Of a stretch of DNA of 29,656 nt, positions 17,434 to 25,259 are shown piece after piece. Numbering within the stretch: position 1 is the first letter of the stretch; each line of letters opens with the position of its first letter. Source of the DNA: a virus. Its lineage: Duplodnaviria > Heunggongvirae > Uroviricota > Caudoviricetes. A model generated the notes under the pieces. That model did not search any database. It was not told where the DNA came from and saw only the letters and a program-made list of their open reading frames with translations. The translations under genes were made by a program, and so were the position numbers. Location of the stretch: the IMG/VR virus record IMGVR_UViG_2529293215_000019, one strand, 5' to 3'.

Positions 17434-18069
17434 ATGAACACTCTCGCAAATATTCAGGAACTCGCGCGCGCACTGCGCAACATAATCCGCACCGGCATTA
17501 TCGTCGAAACCGACCTTAACGCCGGTCGCTGCCGTGTGCAGACCGGCGGCATGTGCACCGACTGGCTTCAGTGGCTGACCCATCGCGCCGGACGTTCGCG
17601 CACATGGTGGGCACCTTCCGTGGGGGAACAGGTGCTGATTCTGGCCGTGGGCGGTGAACTCGACACGGCGTTCGTTCTGCCGGGGATTTATTCTGGCGAT
17701 AACCCCGCGCCGTCTGCGTCGGCGGATGCCCTGCATATCCGTTTCCCTGACGGGGCGGTGATTGAGTATGAACCCGAAACCAGTGCACTCACGGTAAGCG
17801 GAATTAAAACGGCCAGCGTGACGGCTTCTGATTCTGTTACTGCCACGGTGCCGGTGGTCACGGTGAAAGCATCAACCCGCGTTACCCTGGACACACCGGA
17901 GGTGGTCTGCACCAGCAGGCTGATTACCGGCACGCTGGAAGTGCAGAAGGGCGGAACGATGCACGGCAACATTGAACATACCGGTGGTGAACTCTCATCA
18001 AACGGTAAGGTACTGCATACCCATAAACACCCCGGCGACAGCGGCGGCACAACCGGGAGTCCTCTATGA
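17434..18069 (+). CDS. V: baseplate central spike protein (P2 gpV-like)
   Basis: 211 aa, the length of P2 gpV; first gene of the baseplate operon. Confidence 0.85.
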   Translation: MNTLANIQELARALRNIIRTGIIVETDLNAGRCRVQTGGMCTDWLQWLTHRAGRSRTWWAPSVGEQVLILAVGGELDTAFVLPGIYSGDNPAPSASADALHIRFPDGAVIEYEPETSALTVSGIKTASVTASDSVTATVPVVTVKASTRVTLDTPEVVCTSRLITGTLEVQKGGTMHGNIEHTGGELSSNGKVLHTHKHPGDSGGTTGSPL

Positions 18070-18413
18070 CAGCGCGTTATCTCGGAATGAATTGCAGTGA
18101 TGGCCTGACTGTCACTGACCTTGAGCATATCAGCCAGAGTATCGGCGATATCCTGCGCACACCGGTCGGCTCACGGGTGATGCGTCGTGATTACGGCTCG
18201 TTGCTGGCGTCAATGATTGACCAGCCGCAGACCCCGGCGCTTGAGTTGCAGATTAAGGTCGCCTGTTACATGGCAGTGCTGAAATGGGAACCCCGTGTCA
18301 CCCTGTCATCCGTCACCACGACGCGCAGCTTTGACGGGCGAATGACGGTCACGTTAACCGGTCAGCACAACGACACCGGCCAGCCACTTTCGTTAACCAT
18401 CCCTGTGAGTTGA
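18066..18413 (+). CDS. W: baseplate wedge protein (P2 gpW-like, GPW/gp25 family)
   Basis: 115 aa, the length of P2 gpW; ATG overlaps the V stop. Confidence 0.85.
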   Translation: MTARYLGMNCSDGLTVTDLEHISQSIGDILRTPVGSRVMRRDYGSLLASMIDQPQTPALELQIKVACYMAVLKWEPRVTLSSVTTTRSFDGRMTVTLTGQHNDTGQPLSLTIPVS

Positions 18414-18417
18414 AACC

Positions 18418-19326
18418 ATGCCGATTATCGACCTGAACCAGCTACCTGCACCGGATGTGGTCGAGGAGCTGGACTTTGAAACCATTCTTGCCGAACGCAA
18501 GGCGACACTGATTTCCCTTTACCCGGAAGACCAGCAGGAGGCGGTCGCCCGTACCCTGACGCTGGAATCTGAGCCTCTCGTCAAACTGCTGGAGGAAAAT
18601 GCTTATCGTGAGCTTATCTGGCGTCAGCGTGTGAATGAGGCCGCACGGGCGGTGATGCTGGCCTGTGCCGCCGGTAATGACCTTGATGTGATTGGTGCCA
18701 ATTACAACACCACGCGCCTGATTATCACCCCGGCAGATGATTCGACTATCCCGCCGACACCGGCAGTGATGGAATCTGACACCGATTATCGTCTGCGTAT
18801 TCAGCAGGCTTTTGAGGGCTTAAGCGTCGCCGGGTCAGTGGGAGCCTATCAGTATCATGGACGCAGTGCCGACGGGCGTGTCGCCGATATTTCTGTCACC
18901 AGTCCGTCTCCTGCCTGCGTCACCATCTCCGTGCTGTCACGTGAAAATAACGGTGTCGCATCCGAAGATCTGCTGGCTGTGGTGCGTAACGCCCTTAATG
19001 GTGAGGACGTCAGGCCGGTGGCTGACCGTGTGACTGTGCAGTCTGCCGCCATTGTTGAATACCAGATAAACGCCACGCTTTACCTTTACCCTGGCCCCGA
19101 AAGCGAACCCATTCGCGCTGCCGCCGTGAAAAAACTGGAAGCGTATATCACAGCACAGCACCGGCTGGGGCGTGACATCCGTCTGTCTGCCATTTATGCC
19201 GCTTTGCATGTGGAAGGCGTGCAGCGTGTCGAACTGGCTGCACCACTGGCCGACATCGTGCTCAACAGTACGCAGGCGTCTTTCTGTACCGAATACCGCG
19301 TCGTGACCGGAGGCTCGGATGAGTGA
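18418..19326 (+). CDS. J: baseplate protein (P2 gpJ-like)
   Basis: 302 aa, the length of P2 gpJ. Confidence 0.85.
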   Translation: MPIIDLNQLPAPDVVEELDFETILAERKATLISLYPEDQQEAVARTLTLESEPLVKLLEENAYRELIWRQRVNEAARAVMLACAAGNDLDVIGANYNTTRLIITPADDSTIPPTPAVMESDTDYRLRIQQAFEGLSVAGSVGAYQYHGRSADGRVADISVTSPSPACVTISVLSRENNGVASEDLLAVVRNALNGEDVRPVADRVTVQSAAIVEYQINATLYLYPGPESEPIRAAAVKKLEAYITAQHRLGRDIRLSAIYAALHVEGVQRVELAAPLADIVLNSTQASFCTEYRVVTGGSDE

Positions 19327-19930
19327 TTCGCGACTGCTGCCGACCGGCTCATCACCGCTTGAAGTCGCCGCCGCAAAAGCCTGTGCGGAAATTGAAAAAA
19401 CGCCGGTCAGTATTCGTGAGCTGTGGAACCCGGATACCTGTCCGGCAAATCTGCTGCCGTGGCTGGCGTGGTCATTTTCGGTTGACCGCTGGGATGATAA
19501 ATGGCCGGAAGCGACAAAACGCGCTGTTATCCGCGATGCGTATTTCATTCACTGCCATAAGGGTACTATAGGCGCAATCCGGCGTGTGGTGGAGCCGCTC
19601 GGCTATCTGATTGAGGTGAGGGAGTGGTGGCAGCTCAACGAGGAGCCGGGGACGTTCCGCATCGTTGTTGGCGTGCTTGAGCAGGGTATTACCGAGGAAA
19701 TGTATCAGGAGCTGGAGCGTCTCGTTGCTGATGCAAAACCGGCAAGCCGCCATCTGACGGGACTGGCTATCAGTTTAAGTACAACCGGCAACATTTTTGC
19801 CGGTGCGGGATGCTATCACGGTGACGCCCTGACGGTTTATCCCTACACCCCGGAGGCCATTATTGTCGGAGGGGATTATTTCCCGGCCTCGGCCATTCAT
19901 TTAATTGATAACCTGAGAGTAAACGCATGA
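19319..19930 (+). CDS. I: baseplate protein (P2 gpI-like)
   Basis: 203 aa; ATG at 19319 overlaps the J stop and the stop overlaps the H start; somewhat longer than the 176 aa I recall for P2 gpI. Confidence 0.8.
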   Translation: MSDSRLLPTGSSPLEVAAAKACAEIEKTPVSIRELWNPDTCPANLLPWLAWSFSVDRWDDKWPEATKRAVIRDAYFIHCHKGTIGAIRRVVEPLGYLIEVREWWQLNEEPGTFRIVVGVLEQGITEEMYQELERLVADAKPASRHLTGLAISLSTTGNIFAGAGCYHGDALTVYPYTPEAIIVGGDYFPASAIHLIDNLRVNA

Positions 19931-21120
19931 CAGTGAAATACTACGCCATTCTGACTAATCAGGGCGCAGCACGGCTGGCTAACGCGACGATGCTCGGCAG
20001 TAAGCTGAATCTGACGCAAATGGCCGTTGGTGATGCGAATGGTGTCTTGCCGACACCAGACCCGGCACAGACAAAACTGATTAACCAGAAACGCATCGCG
20101 CCGCTGAATCTTCTGAGTGTTGACCCGAACAACCAGAGCCAGATTATTGCGGAGCAAATCATCCCTGAGAACGAGGGTGGATTCTGGATCCGTGAGATTG
20201 GGCTTTATGATGATGAAGGCGTACTCATTGCGGTGGCGAACTGCCCGGAAACGTACAAACCGCAGTTGCAGGAAGGCAGTGGTCGTACCCAGACTATCCG
20301 CATGATTCTGGTTGTCACGAATACCGAAGCTATCACGCTGAAAATCGACCCGTCGGTGGTACTGGCGACCCGTAAATACGTGGATGATGAAGTCCTGGAA
20401 TTAAAGCTGTATGTGGATGACCAGATGAGAAACCACATTGCCGCACAGGATCCTCATACCCAGTATGCGCAGAAACATAATCCGACATTTACCGGAGAAC
20501 CAAAAGCGCCGACGCCTGCCGCAGGAAATAACACCACGCGGATTGCGACCACTGAGTTTGTTCAGGCCGCTATTACCGCTCTGATTAACGGTGCGCCAGC
20601 CACGCTGGACACACTGAAAGAAATTGCCGCAGCCATTAACAATGACCCGAAATTCAGTACCACCATTAACAATGCGCTGTCAGGTAAGCAGCCACTGGAT
20701 GAGACGCTGACTCATTTGAGTGGAAAGGATGTTGCCGGTCTTCTCGCATACCTTGGTTTGGGAGAAGCGGCAAAACGGAATGTAGGTAACGGGCAAAACC
20801 AAATTCCGGATATGGCGGCGTTTGCCAGTTCACTTTCATCAACGGGTTTTCAAAAACTTCCTTCAGGTCTGATTATTCAGTGGGGTATTGTCAGTGGAGC
20901 ATCAAACTATACGGTGACTTACCCGGTAACATTCCCAAATCGTTCACTTGCGCTGTTGGCTGTGCCACATACAACGTCGGTGGCTGGTATATCTGCAATG
21001 GGCATAGCGAACTGTTCTGATATCAGCAAATCACAGTTCTATATAATTGTTGGCGGTATATCTCAGGGAGAAATTGTCAAATATGAAAGATCCTGTTTTT
21101 GGGTAGCAATCGGTGTATAG
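19927..21120 (+). CDS. H: tail fibre protein (gpH-like), constant N-terminal part fused to invertible C-terminal variable part
   Basis: 397 aa; ATG at 19927; the last ~110 codons lie inside the invertible segment, downstream of the 34-bp repeat at 20753-20786. Confidence 0.8.
   Translation: MTVKYYAILTNQGAARLANATMLGSKLNLTQMAVGDANGVLPTPDPAQTKLINQKRIAPLNLLSVDPNNQSQIIAEQIIPENEGGFWIREIGLYDDEGVLIAVANCPETYKPQLQEGSGRTQTIRMILVVTNTEAITLKIDPSVVLATRKYVDDEVLELKLYVDDQMRNHIAAQDPHTQYAQKHNPTFTGEPKAPTPAAGNNTTRIATTEFVQAAITALINGAPATLDTLKEIAAAINNDPKFSTTINNALSGKQPLDETLTHLSGKDVAGLLAYLGLGEAAKRNVGNGQNQIPDMAAFASSLSSTGFQKLPSGLIIQWGIVSGASNYTVTYPVTFPNRSLALLAVPHTTSVAGISAMGIANCSDISKSQFYIIVGGISQGEIVKYERSCFWVAIGV
20753..20786. 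repeat. left 34-bp inverted repeat (invertase crossover site) inside gene H
   Basis: TTGGTTTGGGAGAAGCGGCAAAACGGAATGTAGG; the perfect reverse complement occurs at 22300-22333. Confidence 0.8.
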
Positions 21121-21128
21121 GTATATCT

Positions 21129-21524
21129 ATGATTTATTTCTCAAAATCGACTAATGGTTTTTTCTTTGATGGTATAAACAGCGACATGCCTGCTGACATT
21201 GTTGAGATAAGTACAGACTTATACAATGAATTAATTGCCGGACAGCAGGAAGGGGGTAAATTAATCACGTCAGATGAAAATGGTTTACCGGTACTGAAAT
21301 CTCCGGCGATTGATTATGTCGCACGTGCTGAAAATCAGCGAATGCAGTTACTTGCTCATGCCGATAATGTCACAGCTGACTGGCGGGTGGAATTAATGCT
21401 TGGTGATATCAGCAGTACAGATAAAGAAAAACTATCTGCCTGGATGGACTACAAAAAAGAAGTAAAAGCCGTCGACACTTCGACGGCTCCTGAGATTAGC
21501 TGGCCTGAGTTACCGGAGGTGTAG
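21129..21524 (+). CDS. tail fibre assembly protein (Tfa, orientation 1)
   Basis: 131 aa from the first ATG (21129), directly after the H stop; C-terminus VDTSTAPEISWPELPEV resembles the conserved Tfa C-terminal segment and is shared with the minus-strand copy. Confidence 0.7.
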   Translation: MIYFSKSTNGFFFDGINSDMPADIVEISTDLYNELIAGQQEGGKLITSDENGLPVLKSPAIDYVARAENQRMQLLAHADNVTADWRVELMLGDISSTDKEKLSAWMDYKKEVKAVDTSTAPEISWPELPEV

Positions 21525-21939
21525 GCCATTCAATATCTGGAGCACTGGAGGTATCCACCAGTTCCAGTGCGTCCAGGTAATCCAGCCACAAATTATATTG
21601 CGCCAGTTCCTCACCTTTCAGACGACCAATAGCTGCTTTGCCAGGCCATTGCTTACTGTTCATGTATTCGTTAGCCTGGTTAATTAGTAGCTGTCTTTCT
21701 GATTCAGTAATTTCAATAAGCTCTTCATGCGTGGGTGGAGGAATATCTGCCCACGCAGGCAGCCCATCATCTCCGGCAATACGGATTTTTCCTTGTGGCG
21801 GTTCAGCCATAAACTCACTGATAATATTTTGATTTACTTCCTTAGCGTCTGATAAATCCCATCCCTCTGATTTATATTTATCAATCATATCCACAGGGAA
21901 AAAAGCATTATGCCTTGCGCTATAAACATATTCGTTCAT
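21496..21939 (-). CDS. tail fibre assembly protein (Tfa', orientation 2)
   Basis: 147 aa from the ATG at 21939 (GGGTGA SD; track start at 21948 is GTG); C-terminus VDTSSAPDIEWPTPPV parallels the plus-strand Tfa; 3' end overlaps the plus-strand tfa by 29 bp. Confidence 0.65.
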   Translation of the reverse strand: MNEYVYSARHNAFFPVDMIDKYKSEGWDLSDAKEVNQNIISEFMAEPPQGKIRIAGDDGLPAWADIPPPTHEELIEITESERQLLINQANEYMNSKQWPGKAAIGRLKGEELAQYNLWLDYLDALELVDTSSAPDIEWPTPPVTQAS

Positions 21940-21959
21940 ATAAATCACCCTGAATAAAA

Positions 21960-22333
21960 TTACTCACCAACAGCCCACCAACTGTAATTCATCGATACTG
22001 TGGAGCTGGTTGATGCAGTTCTGTAAGCGGAATTAAAACCGGTTAGTGTTGGACCTTCTGCAGTCATCACGAATCCCCGTCCAGCGCCTAAAGGCGCACC
22101 ACCATCACCAGAATGGGTAAGCATGGCGCAGTCCACTTTTTTAGGAAAAGGGATGCTGAATGTAATTCTCATTGTTTGCGTCGATAATGTCGGCGTAATC
22201 GCACCACGACCATATTGCAGGATTTTCCCGTTGGGTAATTTCATCCATCCATCACCACTGGCAAAAGAGGTCATGTCCGGTATCTGATTTTCCCCCGTTC
22301 CTACATTCCGTTTTGCCGCTTCTCCCAAACCAA
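21960..22333 (-). other. alternative tail-fibre C-terminal coding segment (Hv'), without its own start; fused to H only after inversion
   Basis: Minus-strand reading frame through the right repeat encodes [24 protein letters not shown]..., paralleling the H segment [25 protein letters not shown]... after the left repeat; stop at 21960-21962. Confidence 0.65.
22300..22333. repeat. right 34-bp inverted repeat (invertase crossover site)
   Basis: Reverse complement of 22300-22333 is identical to 20753-20786. Confidence 0.8.
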
Positions 22334-22400
22334 CGTTTATGAAAATGCAGAGATAACGGGCAAGTGGCATCATCTCCGGTTTTTATTCAGGGGGATGCTC

Positions 22401-22994
22401 ATGCTTATTGGCTATGTACGCGTGTCGACAAATGACCAGAACACGGAATTGCAGCGTAACGCGCTGGAGTGCGCAGGATGCGAGCGGATTTTTGAGGATA
22501 AAATCAGCGGCACGAAGTCCGACCGACCGGGACTGAAAAAACTGCTCAGAACATTATCAGCAGGTGACACTCTGGTAGTCTGGAAGCTGGACAGGCTGGG
22601 GCGTAGTATGCGGCATCTGGTCATTCTGGTTGAGGAACTGCGCGAACGCGGCGTTAATTTTCGCAGCCTGACAGATGCTATTGATACCAGCACGCCGATG
22701 GGGCGTTTTTTCTTTCATGTGATGGGTGCCCTGGCTGAAATGGAACGAGAGCTCATTGTCGAGCGGACTCGGGCCGGGCTGGAAGCGGCCAGAGCCAAAG
22801 GTCGTATTGGTGGCAGACGTCCTAAACTCACCGCGAGTGAGTGGGAGCAGGCCGGGCGTTTGCTGGCTGCAGGGGAGTCACGTCAACGCGTGGCACTGAT
22901 TTTTGATATTGGTCTGTCCACGCTCTATAAAAAATTTCCCTCATCAGCGACAAAGAATAAATTGTGTCATCCCTTAGCCAACCGGGACAAATAG
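22401..22994 (+). CDS. serine recombinase DNA invertase (Gin/Cin/Pin/Hin family)
   Basis: N-terminus MLIGYVRVSTNDQNTELQRNAL with the catalytic-serine motif, and HTH-containing C-terminus LSTLYKK, closely resemble Mu Gin; AGGGGGA SD upstream of the ATG at 22401; adjacent to the invertible segment. Confidence 0.9.
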   Translation: MLIGYVRVSTNDQNTELQRNALECAGCERIFEDKISGTKSDRPGLKKLLRTLSAGDTLVVWKLDRLGRSMRHLVILVEELRERGVNFRSLTDAIDTSTPMGRFFFHVMGALAEMERELIVERTRAGLEAARAKGRIGGRRPKLTASEWEQAGRLLAAGESRQRVALIFDIGLSTLYKKFPSSATKNKLCHPLANRDK

Positions 22995-23053
22995 CCTGAC
23001 ATCTCCGGCACAACTGAAAATACCACTCACCCATTAACCACGGAGTTAAACGG

Positions 23054-24244
23054 ATGAGTGACTATCATCACGGCGTGCAGGTGCTGGAGATTAACGACGG
23101 CACCCGCGTCATTTCCACCGTATCCACTGCCATTGTCGGCATGGTCTGCACGGCCAGCGATGCGGATGCGGAAACCTTCCCCATCAATAAACCGGTGCTG
23201 ATTACCAATGTGCAGAGCGCAATTGCAAAGGCTGGTAAAAAAGGCACGCTGGCGGCATCGTTGCAGGCCATCGCCGACCAGTCAAAACCGATCACCGTTG
23301 TCGTGCGTGTGGAAGACGGCACCGGCGACGACGAGGAAACGAAACTCGCGCAGACCGTTTCCAATATCATCGGCACCACCGACGAAAACGGTCAGTACAC
23401 AGGACTGAAAGCCCTGCTGGCGGCGGAGTCGGTAACCGGTGTTAAACCGCGTATTCTCGGCGTGCCGGGACTGGACACCAAAGAGGTGGCTGTTGCACTG
23501 GCATCAGTCTGTCAGAAGCTGCGCGCTTTCGGGTATATCAGCGCATGGGGCTGTAAAACCATTTCCGAGGTGAAAGCCTACCGTCAGAATTTCAGCCAGC
23601 GTGAGCTGATGGTCATCTGGCCGGATTTCCTCGCATGGGATACGGTCACCAGTACCACCGCCACCGCGTATGCCACCGCCCGTGCGCTGGGTTTGCGTGC
23701 CAAAATCGACCAGGAGCAGGGCTGGCATAAAACGCTGTCCAACGTCGGGGTGAACGGTGTTACCGGCATCAGCGCATCTGTATTCTGGGATTTGCAGGAG
23801 TCCGGCACCGATGCTGACCTGCTTAACGAGTCAGGCGTCACAACGCTGATTCGCCGTGACGGTTTCCGCTTCTGGGGTAACCGTACCTGCTCTGATGACC
23901 CGCTGTTCCTCTTTGAAAACTACACCCGCACCGCGCAGGTGCTGGCCGACACGATGGCTGAGGCGCACATGTGGGCGGTGGACAAGCCCATCACCGCAAC
24001 GCTGATTCGCGACATCGTTGACGGCATTAATGCCAAATTCCGTGAGCTGAAAACAAACGGCTATATCGTGGATGCGACCTGCTGGTTCAGCGAAGAATCC
24101 AACGATGCGGAAACCCTCAAGGCCGGAAAACTGTATATCGACTACGACTATACCCCGGTGCCTCCTCTCGAAAACCTGACCCTGCGCCAGCGTATTACCG
24201 ATAAATACCTGGCAAATCTGGTCACCTCGGTTAACAGCAATTAA
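23054..24244 (+). CDS. FI: contractile tail sheath protein (P2 gpFI-like)
   Basis: 396 aa, the length of P2 gpFI; ACGGAG SD; followed by the tail tube gene. Confidence 0.9.
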   Translation: MSDYHHGVQVLEINDGTRVISTVSTAIVGMVCTASDADAETFPINKPVLITNVQSAIAKAGKKGTLAASLQAIADQSKPITVVVRVEDGTGDDEETKLAQTVSNIIGTTDENGQYTGLKALLAAESVTGVKPRILGVPGLDTKEVAVALASVCQKLRAFGYISAWGCKTISEVKAYRQNFSQRELMVIWPDFLAWDTVTSTTATAYATARALGLRAKIDQEQGWHKTLSNVGVNGVTGISASVFWDLQESGTDADLLNESGVTTLIRRDGFRFWGNRTCSDDPLFLFENYTRTAQVLADTMAEAHMWAVDKPITATLIRDIVDGINAKFRELKTNGYIVDATCWFSEESNDAETLKAGKLYIDYDYTPVPPLENLTLRQRITDKYLANLVTSVNSN

Positions 24245-24256
24245 GGAGCCTGACCG

Positions 24257-24775
24257 ATGGCAATGCCGCGTAAACTCAAGTTAATGAACGTCTTTCTGAA
24301 CGGCTACAGCTATCAGGGCGTTGCAAAGTCCGTCACGCTGCCAAAACTGACCCGTAAGCTCGAAAACTATCGCGGTGCGGGGATGAACGGCAGCGCACCG
24401 GTAGACCTCGGCCTTGATGATGATGCGCTGTCAATGGAGTGGTCGCTCGGGGGCTTCCCGGATTCGGTTATCTGGGAGCTTTACGCCGCAACCGGCGTGG
24501 ATGCCGTGCCGATTCGTTTTGCAGGCTCTTACCAGCGCGACGATACCGGCGAAACGGTGGCCGTCGAGGTGGTCATGCGTGGCCGTCAGAAAGAAATCGA
24601 CACCGGCGAGGGGAAACAGGGAGAAGACACCGAGTCGAAAATCTCCGTGGTATGCACCTATTTCCGGCTGACGATGGACGGTAAGGAGCTGGTCGAAATC
24701 GACACCATCAACATGATTGAGAAGGTGAACGGCGTCGACCGGCTGGAGCAACACCGCCGCAATATCGGCCTGTGA
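24257..24775 (+). CDS. FII: tail tube protein (P2 gpFII-like)
   Basis: 172 aa, the length of P2 gpFII; AAGGAG SD. Confidence 0.9.
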   Translation: MAMPRKLKLMNVFLNGYSYQGVAKSVTLPKLTRKLENYRGAGMNGSAPVDLGLDDDALSMEWSLGGFPDSVIWELYAATGVDAVPIRFAGSYQRDDTGETVAVEVVMRGRQKEIDTGEGKQGEDTESKISVVCTYFRLTMDGKELVEIDTINMIEKVNGVDRLEQHRRNIGL

Positions 24776-24782
24776 TTTTCAT

Positions 24783-24803
24783 CCGGTCAGCCAGGCTGAC
24801 CGG
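24783..24803 (+). terminator. candidate stem-loop / attenuator after the tail tube gene
   Basis: CCGGTCAG-CCAGG-CTGACCGG: perfect 8-bp stem with 5-nt loop, 8 nt after the FII stop; only a weak T-run follows. Confidence 0.35.
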
Positions 24804-24831
24804 TTAACCCTGATTAAGAAGTGAGAAAACC

Positions 24832-25107
24832 ATGAACAAAGAAAATGTGATTACCCTGGACAATCCGGTCAAACGTGGTGAGCAGGTTATCGAACAGGTC
24901 ACGCTGATGAAACCCAATGCCGGGACGCTGCGCGGTGTCAGTCTGGCAGCGGTCGCAAACTCCGAAGTCGATGCACTGATTAAGGTGTTGCCGCGCATGA
25001 CGGCACCGATGCTGACCGAGCAGGAAGTCGCCGCACTGGAACTGCCTGACCTTGTGGCGCTGGCCGGTAAGGTGGTCGGTTTTTTGTCGCCGAACTCGGT
25101 GCAGTGA
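24832..25107 (+). CDS. E: tail assembly chaperone (P2 gpE-like)
   Basis: 91 aa, the length of P2 gpE; upstream of the tape measure gene; ends just after the T6G slippery run. Confidence 0.8.
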   Translation: MNKENVITLDNPVKRGEQVIEQVTLMKPNAGTLRGVSLAAVANSEVDALIKVLPRMTAPMLTEQEVAALELPDLVALAGKVVGFLSPNSVQ

Positions 25108-25259
25108 CGTTTCCGAAAAATCTCTCGGTCGATGACCTGATGGCGGATGTGGCAGTGATATTTCACTGGCCGCCATCAGAACTGTATCCCATGAGCCTGA
25201 CCGAACTCATCACATGGCGCGAAAAGGCGCTCCGGCGAAGCGGAAACACGAATGAGTAA
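24832..25259 (+). CDS. tail assembly chaperone frameshift product (gpE+E'), via programmed -1 frameshift near 25083
   Basis: The -1 frame after TTTTTTG (25080-25086) stays open for 57 codons (VAELGAVTFPKNLSVDDLMADVAVIFHWPPSELYPMSLTELITWREKALRRSGNTNE) and stops at 25257-25259, just inside the start of T; matches the known P2 E/E' arrangement. Confidence 0.6.
25080..25086 (+). promoter_or_regulatory. slippery sequence T6G for the E/E' programmed -1 translational frameshift
   Basis: TTTTTTG heptamer 7 codons before the E stop; the -1 frame is open downstream. Confidence 0.6.

Larger units (their letters stand above)
20753..22333. other. invertible tail-fibre segment (Mu G-segment-like, about 1.58 kb)
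   Basis: Bounded by perfect 34-bp inverted repeats; contains H C-terminus and tfa on plus, and an alternative H C-terminus and tfa on minus; serine invertase gene immediately outside the right repeat. Confidence 0.8.

Noticed and set aside
22995-23053. Possible Z/fun-like accessory gene between the invertase and FI
   Set aside because: The spacer is only 59 bp with no ORF; the Z/fun position is taken by the invertase module instead.
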